A stretch of DNA of 64,000 bases. It comes from a bacterium UBP11_UBA4055 (GTDB lineage: Bacteria; UBA4055). Positions 56,106 through 64,000 of this stretch are shown in pieces (position 1 is the first letter of the stretch; each line of letters starts with the position of its first letter). The DNA lies in the NCBI GenBank assembly GCA_002382735.1, contig DFZN01000071.1:55542-119541 (forward strand), read 5' to 3'. The notes under the pieces are model-generated. The model worked only from the letters and a program-made list of their open reading frames with translations. It was not told the DNA's origin and searched no databases. Both the position numbers and the translations under genes were made by a program.

Positions 56106-58771
56106 AAAAGAAGTCTTCATTTCAAGATCAGATGAAAACGGAATTACAGGATTTTCTTGCTTCTCAGCTTGAAAAATATCCCATGGATGAGGTAATAAAG
56201 ATCGACCTTCATTGTCACGATCATAACAGCGATGTGCCCGATGAGCTTATCGGAAGGATACTGAATGTACCTGAGACATGGCTGAGAACAGAGGAACTAT
56301 TATCGGCATTGAAAGCTGAGAAGTGCGATCTGGCAACTATAACCAACCACAATAACGCAAGATCCTGTTTCGAGATGATCAAAAAAGGGGAAGATGTACT
56401 TACGGGAGCCGAATTCAGCTGTCTCGTGCCGGACTATGATATTGGAATACATGTTCTTGCCTACGGGTTCGATGAGGAACAGGAAACGGAGCTCTTCAGG
56501 CTAAAGGAGAATCTTTACGAATTTTTGAAATATGCCCGATCCAAGGATATACCGACGATATGGGCCCACCCTCTTTTCCAGTACAAATCCGACGGCGTTC
56601 CGCCCTTTGATTTTTTTATAAAGCTCTCTCTTTTATTTGAAAGGTTCGAAGTAATTAACGGACAGAGAAATACATGGCAGAACCTGTTATTCAAATCATG
56701 GCTTGAAGGGATCAGATCAGAGGATATGGACAAATGGGCTCTCAAATTCAATATCGATCCTTACGAATACTGCAGAGACCCCTACAGAAAGGTGTTCACC
56801 GGAGGCTCGGACAGCCACATGGGTATTTTCGCAGGTCAGACAGGGTCATTTCTTCATATTCCTGATCTGAAGGAAAGAAGAAAGAAGGAGCCTCTTTCAA
56901 AGCTGGCGCTGGAAGCGATCAGGAAAGGTGATATCGCTGTTTACGGTTCCGATCAGAACACTGAGAAACTCACGATCGCATTTCTGGATTATTTCAGCCA
57001 GGTATGCCTGAATTTTAAAGACCCCGGGCTCACAAGGATGATACTTCACAAAGGCTCAATGAATGATAAGGTCATATCTTTTATCGCCTCTAATGCCGTT
57101 TCAGAGATACAGAGACATAAAGTCACTATAAATTTTATTGAGCTCTTCCACAGATCTTTCAACGGTCAGGTGCCTTCGTACTTCAAAAAACTGCTGATAC
57201 CTTCGGTATATAAACCTGTATTTGATTACGCTGTAGAGATCGCCGAAGCAAAAAAGAAAAAAAATTCCGATACTGTAGGACTTTTCCATAAACATATTAC
57301 ATCTATTTCCGATCAGCTAAATAAAGTGCTTTTTTCAAGGCTGAAGAAGAAACTTGACGAGATCGATTTCGATAAAAAATTCGAAAACACTTCGCTTGAT
57401 AATATAATTAATTTTCTTGAGCTTCCCAGTGACCTTAGGTCATACTCGGGGAGAGAGAATAAAAGATCAGGCAAAATGCTGAATCCCGACATTCCCGGTT
57501 TTCTTGACGGCCTTTCTTTTCCGATGCTGACATCGCTCATAATACTCGCGGCAAATTTCACAAGCGCAAAATCACTGACGCACCTGAGACCTCTTTATAA
57601 TGATTTCTCATTGCGAATAGGTAAATTATCACACCCTAAAAGAATGCTCTGGCTGACCGACACATTCGAAGACAGGAACGGAGTATCAATGTCGTTACAG
57701 GCGATGCACGAAGAAATAAAAAAAAGAAATCTGCCTATAGATTTCCTTGTTTGTTCAAGTACTGTAAAACCGGACAGGAATTTGATCGTTATAAAACCGG
57801 AGATGGAATTCGTTCTTCCGTTTTATAAGCAGCAGCCTATAAGGATACCTAATTTCTTAAAGATACATTCGGTATTTCAGGAAGGTGAATATGACAGAGT
57901 AATATGTTCAACAGAAGGGATCATGGGAGCTGTGGCGCTTTATCTCAAACATGCTTTCACTGTGCCTGCAAGCTTTTATATTCATACCGACTGGATCACT
58001 TTTGCAAAAGATGTGCTGGGATTCGATATACATGAACTTAACAGGACAAGAAGGTATCTCAGGGCTTATTATAAGGCATTCGACAGGCTTTTTGTTCTGA
58101 ATACGGATCAGAAAAAATGGCTTACAGGAAAAGAAATGGGGTTTGAAGAGAATGAGGTATTCGTTACGGCGCACTGGGTAGATGAGATTTTCATGCCTCA
58201 AGAAGTGAAACAAAGGACTGCAAAGAACATTGACAATTCAATATATATGATAGAGGAAAAGAAAGTTCCCACGATCCTCTACGCAGGGAGGATCAGTAAA
58301 GAAAAAGGCGTTATGGAGCTTCCGAAGATATTTAAGAATATACAGAAAAAGATAAAGGACATCAGGATCGTAATAGCCGGAACAGGTCCGGCCGAAAAAG
58401 AGCTTAAGGAACTGCTGCCCGAAGCGGAATATCTGGGCTGGGTGAACCACGCGGACCTTCCAAGGATCTATTCATCGGCCGATATTTTCATATTACCTTC
58501 AAGATTCGACACTTTCGGCTGTGTTATTCTTGAGGCCATGGCCTGCGGACTGCCGGTTATCTCTTACAATACAAAAGGTCCGAAAGATATAATTAATGAT
58601 AATTTCAACGGCTTTCTGGTCGAAAGCGCACAGGAAGCTTCTGACAAGGCCGTATATTATCTGTCAAATCAATGCCTTCATGACAATTTTAAAAAAAGCG
58701 CAGCGGGAAAATCAAAAAGATTCACTCCCGACAGGATACTAAAGGAATTTCTTGAGGCTGTAGAACTGTGA
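56102..58771 (+). CDS. fusion of an N-terminal PHP-family metal-dependent phosphoesterase domain with a C-terminal GT4/GT-B glycosyltransferase
   Basis: PHP motifs are IDLHCHDHNSD, ITNHNN, IHVLAYG and WAHP. GT4 motifs are ILYAGRISKEKGV and ILPSRFDTFGCVILEAMACGLPVI. Its start overlaps the upstream gene by 4 nt. Confidence 0.7.
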   Translation: MKKKSSFQDQMKTELQDFLASQLEKYPMDEVIKIDLHCHDHNSDVPDELIGRILNVPETWLRTEELLSALKAEKCDLATITNHNNARSCFEMIKKGEDVLTGAEFSCLVPDYDIGIHVLAYGFDEEQETELFRLKENLYEFLKYARSKDIPTIWAHPLFQYKSDGVPPFDFFIKLSLLFERFEVINGQRNTWQNLLFKSWLEGIRSEDMDKWALKFNIDPYEYCRDPYRKVFTGGSDSHMGIFAGQTGSFLHIPDLKERRKKEPLSKLALEAIRKGDIAVYGSDQNTEKLTIAFLDYFSQVCLNFKDPGLTRMILHKGSMNDKVISFIASNAVSEIQRHKVTINFIELFHRSFNGQVPSYFKKLLIPSVYKPVFDYAVEIAEAKKKKNSDTVGLFHKHITSISDQLNKVLFSRLKKKLDEIDFDKKFENTSLDNIINFLELPSDLRSYSGRENKRSGKMLNPDIPGFLDGLSFPMLTSLIILAANFTSAKSLTHLRPLYNDFSLRIGKLSHPKRMLWLTDTFEDRNGVSMSLQAMHEEIKKRNLPIDFLVCSSTVKPDRNLIVIKPEMEFVLPFYKQQPIRIPNFLKIHSVFQEGEYDRVICSTEGIMGAVALYLKHAFTVPASFYIHTDWITFAKDVLGFDIHELNRTRRYLRAYYKAFDRLFVLNTDQKKWLTGKEMGFEENEVFVTAHWVDEIFMPQEVKQRTAKNIDNSIYMIEEKKVPTILYAGRISKEKGVMELPKIFKNIQKKIKDIRIVIAGTGPAEKELKELLPEAEYLGWVNHADLPRIYSSADIFILPSRFDTFGCVILEAMACGLPVISYNTKGPKDIINDNFNGFLVESAQEASDKAVYYLSNQCLHDNFKKSAAGKSKRFTPDRILKEFLEAVEL

Positions 58772-60387
58772 CCGAGAGAAACCGTACTGATGATCTTATC
58801 TGGTGGAAGCACGGAATCATCTACCATATATATGTTCTGAGCTTTAAGGATACGAACGGCGACGGTTATGGAGATCTGAGAGGTATCATCGAAAATCTGG
58901 ATCATCTTAAGAATCTTAGAATTCATGCAGTTTGGCTTTCTCCCGTCTTTAAGTCGCCGATGGCTGATTTCGGATATGACATTGAAGATTATTGCTCTAT
59001 TGATCCTGTTTTCGGAACGATGGACGACTTTGACGAACTAATTAAAAAAGCACATGATTCCGGCATAAAGATCATACTCGATATGGTAATGAACCACACT
59101 TCTGATAAACATCCCTGGTTCATCTCGTCCGCTTCATCAAAAGACGATCCTAAAAGGAACTGGTATATCTGGGAGAAAGGCAGGAACGGAAAGCTGCCGA
59201 ACAACTGGAAAACGATCTTTGGTCATACAGCCTGGGAATATGATGCTCGAACTGACGAATATTATTACCACTCGTTCTTAAAAGAGCAGCCCGATCTTAA
59301 CTGGCGAAATCCGGAAGTAAAGGAAAAGTTCTTTAAAATATTCCGTTTCTGGCTCGACAAAGGTGTGGACGGCTTCAGGCTGGATGCCGTAAATTTTATT
59401 GTTAAGGACAAGAAACTTAGAAAAAATCCCAATCTGATCGAACTTCTGTTCGGAAAAAGGAAGTTCTATTCCAGGAACAGGATCGAATCCGTAAAGCTTC
59501 TTCAGGATTTCAGGAATCTTGTAAATTCGTATGATGACAGAATGATGGTAGGGGAGATATTTTCTCTGCCGCCGGGAGAATCGAATGTTGTCGGATTTTA
59601 CCTTTCTTCAGGTGAAGATACATTGAATATGGCTTTTGATTTCTCACTCCTTTTTCAGAGATGGAGCGCAAGAAAATATTACAAAGCTGTGGAACGGTCA
59701 TACGGCGGCATTCCCTCCAAAGGATGGCCGAGCATAGTACTCTCTAATCATGATCTTTCCAGAAGCTACGACAAGTATAAATTCTCTAACCATCCTCTTG
59801 AAAAGGCGAAGATCAAGGCGATGCTCCAGCTGACTCTCAAAGGAACACCTTTCATTTATTACGGCGAAGAAATAGGGATGAAGAACGGTTCTATCCCGAA
59901 AGATAAAATAAAAGACCCGATCGGAAAGATATACTGGCCGCTTTATAAAGGCAGGGACGGGGCCAGGACGCCGATGCAGTGGGACGGTTCTGTCAATGCC
60001 GGATTTTCTGACGCGGAACCGTGGCTGCCTGTAAATAATGACTATGAAATAAATAATGTAATCGCTCAGAAGATCAACGAATACTCGCTTTTAAGATTCT
60101 ACAGCAGGCTGATCTCTATCAGAAATTCTATTCCGGCTTTGAGCAGGGGAGACTGGATCCCTGTATCTAAAGGCAGGGACGATATCTTTTCCTACATAAG
60201 GAGCGCAGGCGGAGAATATCTGCTGATAGTGCTCAATTTCAGCACCAGGGAAAAATCTCTTACTTTTCAGGACTCGAACGAATTCTGTGTTGTCCTTTCT
60301 ACTTCCGGCAGAAGTCTCAATTGTTTTGTTCAGCTGAAGAACTTCAGTGTTCGTCCGCTTGAAGGTCTCATTTTCAGAGTAAAATAA
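58768..60387 (+). CDS. GH13 alpha-glucosidase / oligo-1,6-glucosidase / trehalose-synthase-family enzyme
   Basis: GIIYHIYVLSFKDTNGDGYGDLRGI, DYL…WLSPVFKSP…DFGYDIEDY and GIKIILDMVMNHTSDKHPWF are canonical GH13 subfamily blocks with the catalytic D/E/D context. Its start overlaps the upstream gene. Confidence 0.85.
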   Translation: MTERNRTDDLIWWKHGIIYHIYVLSFKDTNGDGYGDLRGIIENLDHLKNLRIHAVWLSPVFKSPMADFGYDIEDYCSIDPVFGTMDDFDELIKKAHDSGIKIILDMVMNHTSDKHPWFISSASSKDDPKRNWYIWEKGRNGKLPNNWKTIFGHTAWEYDARTDEYYYHSFLKEQPDLNWRNPEVKEKFFKIFRFWLDKGVDGFRLDAVNFIVKDKKLRKNPNLIELLFGKRKFYSRNRIESVKLLQDFRNLVNSYDDRMMVGEIFSLPPGESNVVGFYLSSGEDTLNMAFDFSLLFQRWSARKYYKAVERSYGGIPSKGWPSIVLSNHDLSRSYDKYKFSNHPLEKAKIKAMLQLTLKGTPFIYYGEEIGMKNGSIPKDKIKDPIGKIYWPLYKGRDGARTPMQWDGSVNAGFSDAEPWLPVNNDYEINNVIAQKINEYSLLRFYSRLISIRNSIPALSRGDWIPVSKGRDDIFSYIRSAGGEYLLIVLNFSTREKSLTFQDSNEFCVVLSTSGRSLNCFVQLKNFSVRPLEGLIFRVK

Positions 60388-60665
60388 AAAAAACCGATAT
60401 TTTTATCAGGTCTTCAGGAGCGGATTTTTCCCTTCCCTGCGCTAGTAGGAGGCCTAAGGGTCAGTCCGCTCATTTTGCCTGAATTCTATTTCAAATCTCA
60501 ACTGTAATTTAACGCTCTTATATTAGCATAATATTAAAGCTTAATCAGAATTCTGTTAAATCTTAGAACTTAACTTTCGAAACGATCCCGACCCTCATCT
60601 GAGAATCTTCCGCATCCGAACCCTTTGTGGTAGCAGGTCCCGGCATGAACATCGCGAAATACGGC

Positions 60666-61154
60666 TCAAGCGTCATTTTTTCGAATGCTTTTATCTTCGA
60701 GCTCAAAGAGATCTCCATTCCGATCAGCAAGACCGTAGAGACCGGCAGTAACATCGGGGGTTATTTTGTATGAAGCGTCGATATTGAAAAGCCTTTCCGC
60801 AAAACCGCACGCCGCCCCACCCACGCCCTTTTCGCTTTCATCTTTAGGAATATAGTAGGCTGAGTCGAAATAAAGCTGATTGTACCTGCCTGAATATTTC
60901 ATACCGGCAATATCGTCCTCGAATATCAGCGACTGAGGGTCTTTGTGCCCCATGATACCGAACCACGGCCTTAATCGCATATCGGTGTACCTGAACATTG
61001 TTTGAGTATCGGCGTCCCATGTTGTTTTCATTGTGTAGCTTTCCATTCTTCCCACGGCCTCAACGCCGCTTTTGAACTGCGCATTGGCTGAGAATACGAG
61101 CCCTAGCAGTACCAGCCCCATTCCGATCTTGATCATTATTCTTGTTTTTTTCAT
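60666..61154 (-). CDS. small outer-membrane-like protein (signal peptide); possibly frameshifted near its 3' end
   Basis: MKKTRIMIKIGMGLVLLGLVFSANAQF is a signal peptide. An overlapping minus-strand ORF (60754..60563, shown as + in the track but verified by hand to be minus) ends in …VSKVKF, the aromatic C-terminus typical of beta-barrel OMPs. Confidence 0.5.
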   Translation of the reverse strand: MKKTRIMIKIGMGLVLLGLVFSANAQFKSGVEAVGRMESYTMKTTWDADTQTMFRYTDMRLRPWFGIMGHKDPQSLIFEDDIAGMKYSGRYNQLYFDSAYYIPKDESEKGVGGAACGFAERLFNIDASYKITPDVTAGLYGLADRNGDLFELEDKSIRKNDA

Positions 61155-61369
61155 TCAGTTTCCTCCTTGTTAGATTTTTGTTTGTAATATCGTTCTGTTA
61201 AATTAGAAGAAAACTAAGATAGAGTTAATTTTTTGTTAGAAATGCTTTTATCACAACAAAAAACCCCCCTAAGTGTATATTCAGGAAGGTTTTTCGTGAG
61301 GAGATGTTGTTGAGAAAGAAATTTACGAAACTATTATTAGCAGCTTATTATCGCCTTTTTAGAATATCG

Positions 61370-63376
61370 TTATTTCGTAGCATTCTTAGCAACTATGTAA
61401 TAGAATTTCTTTGCATCATTATATGGTGTAACATACTGATTTGTGGCAACATTAGCTTCGAAAGCGAACCCGCTGTATGGATCGTTCGATGAATAAACAT
61501 CGTAGCTTGTCGCGTCAGCAGAAATAGCCCAGTCGATTACGAGTTCTGTCCCGGATATGCTTGTTACTACATTTGCAGGAATTACCGGTATGATCATTTC
61601 AGGTACAGTATATTCAACTATCAGCTTAGGGGGATATCCTCCCTCATAAGGATCAGCGACCCTTTCATCTGCGTCGCTATCGTCTTTCCAGAAAATACAG
61701 GTCATGCTGTTGCCGCTTGACCATCCGGCTCTGTCAACTACCTCCTGAACTACTGAGGACATATCGGGAAAATTATACACAGTTTCAGCAGTCCATGAAG
61801 GCGGGTTCGTCCAAGTAACCGAGTTGGTTGTTTTAGTCCTTGATGAAAGATTCCATGCGCTTGTGGTGAAAGCCGGCGAATCGTCAATGTCTTCTGCGGC
61901 ATATTTAATATGGTTAAGCGTCCTGGTATCCGATTCGTCAGCTCTGACTTCAAGATACGCCGAAGTAATTGTTGCTCCCTGCGGAATGTTGACTACCTGG
62001 AACCTGATGCCGACCTGCTGATTTCCGGAATCGTCGCAAAATTCAAGGTCAGAACTGTCCATATACATACTGCCATCAGCCATGAACTGCTCGACATCGT
62101 CGGAACCGGAAATCACTGATACAGAGATCGAAGCAGTATTAGTGACGGTTATATATCCTGTCTTCGATTCGGAATCCTGACCGTAAGCATTAGTGACGGT
62201 AAGTGAAACATCATAAGTCCCCGATGCATTCCAGACGACTGAAGGATCTTTTTCAGTGCTGCTTGAAGGATTTCCGCCTGTAAATGTCCATGACCATGAA
62301 GTAGGATTATTCGTCGAAAGATCAGAAAAATTCACAGTCTGACCTATTCCTACACTGACATCATCTGCAGAGAAATCGGCAACGGGCGGGGTCGTAGTCA
62401 TTGTGACAAAACCGAATGGTTGAGTATAAGATGATCCGTTAGAGTTGTCCAGAACGGCTCTTACGAAAGGCTGGTCTGTATAAGAGGAGTAGTCGAAAGT
62501 CGTCCCTGAGCCTACTGTGGTAGTTCCCGCTCCTATCCATGTTATGCTTGCATAGTTCGTGGCGTTGAGAGTGATTGTCTTATTGACATCGTCAACAGTT
62601 ATTCCGCTTATTCTCGGAACAATTGCAGATCCGTTCCCTGACGGTTCATAACAGAAATAGGAAGCTCCGTTATCCATACAGTCGATCAGATCACTCTGTG
62701 TAAGCGCAGGCATAAGCATGAACTGGTAATTATGGTAGAGATGAGACATCGTATGCATGTCATCGTTCGAGTAACCCCAGACAAGCTTCCCTTCAGTGGG
62801 AAAGAAATTCTCATTTATATTATCCCAAAGCTGTCTGTCAGCGGGATACCTGTCCCCCTGATTATAAACCTCAAGTCCTACATTTGTAGGGTAATCTCTA
62901 TACCAAGGAATATACCATGCCCAGTCGTCAGGGGTATAATACCTTCCGGGATGGTTAATATGGGACCTTCCGCCGTTTGATTCTACATTGGGAATTCCCT
63001 GTTCCAGAGTTGCCGATGTTACCGTAAAATTGAAAAATCCGTTGTCATGGTGGCTGTTGGAAAATTCATCACCCCTGACTCCGAGCATTCCGAGTGATTC
63101 CGGAGTAGGTGCTCCGTATGCGTCCCATGGCCAAAGCACAAAATTATGATCTGTCATGGCCAGAATATCATAGTTCGCGTTTGCGTAGGCATTTATGACC
63201 GTGCTTGGTGATTCTGAACCGTCACTGTAAGTCGTGTGTGTGTGAAAATTCGCTTTGTACTGGTTGTAAGTTGACCAGTTTATGTCAGCGTAAGGGTTCT
63301 GAACAAGACTCACAACAGTCTGTCCTAAGAGCGACATTATGATACCGAGTATCAGCACTGCTATCATTTTTTTCAT
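61370..63376 (-). CDS. secreted PHP-domain phosphoesterase-like protein with a central PKD domain
   Basis: It has a signal peptide. PHP motifs are NFHTHTTYSDGS and AMTDHN. The PKD domain is WSWTFTGGNPSSSTEKDPSVVWNASGTYDVSLTVTNAYGQDS. Confidence 0.65.
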   Translation of the reverse strand: MKKMIAVLILGIIMSLLGQTVVSLVQNPYADINWSTYNQYKANFHTHTTYSDGSESPSTVINAYANANYDILAMTDHNFVLWPWDAYGAPTPESLGMLGVRGDEFSNSHHDNGFFNFTVTSATLEQGIPNVESNGGRSHINHPGRYYTPDDWAWYIPWYRDYPTNVGLEVYNQGDRYPADRQLWDNINENFFPTEGKLVWGYSNDDMHTMSHLYHNYQFMLMPALTQSDLIDCMDNGASYFCYEPSGNGSAIVPRISGITVDDVNKTITLNATNYASITWIGAGTTTVGSGTTFDYSSYTDQPFVRAVLDNSNGSSYTQPFGFVTMTTTPPVADFSADDVSVGIGQTVNFSDLSTNNPTSWSWTFTGGNPSSSTEKDPSVVWNASGTYDVSLTVTNAYGQDSESKTGYITVTNTASISVSVISGSDDVEQFMADGSMYMDSSDLEFCDDSGNQQVGIRFQVVNIPQGATITSAYLEVRADESDTRTLNHIKYAAEDIDDSPAFTTSAWNLSSRTKTTNSVTWTNPPSWTAETVYNFPDMSSVVQEVVDRAGWSSGNSMTCIFWKDDSDADERVADPYEGGYPPKLIVEYTVPEMIIPVIPANVVTSISGTELVIDWAISADATSYDVYSSNDPYSGFAFEANVATNQYVTPYNDAKKFYYIVAKNATK

Positions 63377-63732
63377 TTTTCCTCCTCAGTTTTTTTACAT
63401 TTTTTAATTCATGAGCTTTGGCGACGATAAGTTAGCACCCTAATGTTAAAATAATATTGAAAGCGATTTAGAAATGAATGAAATTATAGTTAGCATACCA
63501 TTTTCATCATTTTTAAATAAAACCTGAAAAAACTGCGTTGACGGATTTATCGTCGTAGAGACAGACAAGATGATAAAGAATAAAAAAGGCCGTTATTTTA
63601 AGCACAACTAACAGTATTTTATTACAAAACACACAATTAATTAACAGACAAATAACAGCAATCTAAATTTAAATCAATATACTATTAACATTGGCAACGC
63701 ACATTACATATGAAAATTTTACGAGGAGAGTA

Positions 63733-64000
63733 AATGAAAACATTTTTAAAGGGAGGCAGGTTGAGAAAGATATTTCTGCTTCTTATGATCACAGCTCTGA
63801 CAGGAGCATTCGGGCAAAGGCTGCAGTACGGAAAGATCAGGGGGACTGTCGTCGATAAAGACACAAATGAGCCTGTAATTGACGCCAATGTGTATCTGAC
63901 GAGCGCAAAGGAAGAAAAGAACATCGGTACTGCTACTGATGAAAAGGGCGAATACATCATTAATTACATCCCTTTCGGGGATTACGCCCTTATCTCTGAA
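63733..64000 (+). CDS. 3'-truncated SusC/RagA-like TonB-dependent receptor (N-terminal CarboxypepD_reg-like domain); runs off the window
   Basis: It has a signal peptide and then YGKIRGTVVDKDTNEPVIDANVYLTSAK…GEYIINYIPFGDYALIS, the carboxypeptidase-regulatory-like fold that opens SusC-type receptors. A GAGGAGAG RBS precedes the ATG. The ORF is not in the track because it has no stop within the window. Confidence 0.65.

Noticed and set aside
61155-61369. A possible terminator (aaaacc…ggtttttt) downstream of the PHP/PKD gene
   Set aside because: The stem is only 6 bp with a ~22-nt loop, which is too weak to call.
1-64000. Scan for CRISPR arrays, tRNA/rRNA genes and transposase/integrase genes
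   Set aside because: I saw no regularly spaced direct repeats with unique spacers and no tRNA-like GTTCGA(A/T)TC T-arm contexts. I also saw no rRNA-like conserved blocks and no DDE-transposase or tyrosine-recombinase motifs. Absence judged by eye is not proof.

Overview
This 64-kb window appears to come from an AT-rich (about 38-40% GC overall, with GC-richer housekeeping stretches) Gram-negative bacterium. It is probably an FCB-group or candidate-phylum genome assembled from a metagenome. Evidence for this is a SusC-like TonB-dependent receptor, TolB/PD40 propellers, many PAS sensor kinases and no Gram-positive hallmarks. Nearly all of the window is coding, and I found no rRNA, tRNA or CRISPR array. 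In order, the recognisable blocks are as follows. (i) 1-4.7 kb: a 5'-truncated large outer-membrane-like protein and two lipoproteins. (ii) 4.7-10 kb: housekeeping genes, namely a sigma-54 enhancer-binding protein, a glycine-rich RRM RNA-binding protein, a COG2509 FAD protein, HutD and S-adenosylhomocysteine hydrolase. (iii) 11.2-14.2 kb: a toxin-antitoxin/defence islet bounded by a 29-bp direct repeat, holding a frameshifted zeta-like ATPase, YefM-YoeB, a SAM methyltransferase and a HEPN/nucleotidyltransferase pair. (iv) 14.2-18 kb: a lipid-handling cluster with a START-like protein, two PAP2 phosphatases and an AsmA-like protein. (v) 18-24.3 kb: a radical-SAM protein, rpe and an unusual 1016-aa peptidase + TolB-propeller + Omp85-barrel fusion. 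(vi) 24.4-41.4 kb: a 17-kb signalling hub of nine PAS/His-kinase/receiver proteins, several of them hybrids and one with an Asp-to-Asn pseudo-receiver, plus a GPY-repeat protein and an FMN/4Fe-4S membrane protein. (vii) 43.4-45.6 kb: a TPR protein followed by a small secreted Trp/Pro-rich peptide. (viii) 45.7-55.3 kb: a phosphate regulon core (pstSCAB-phoU, phoBR) that is interrupted by a second toxin-antitoxin islet (HEPN/nucleotidyltransferase, a WYL regulator, VapBC). (ix) 55.4-64 kb: 11-bp-periodic Pho-box-like repeats precede a START protein, a PHP-phosphoesterase/GT4 fusion and a GH13 enzyme. These are followed by a secreted PHP+PKD protein and a TonB-dependent receptor. The most interesting hypotheses are the candidate Pho-regulated lipid/glycoside-remodelling module, the repeat-bounded toxin-antitoxin islet, the WYL-linked toxin-antitoxin islet, the protease-propeller-Omp85 fusion and the TPR + peptide pair. 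All functional calls rest on motif recognition by eye, because no database search was possible.
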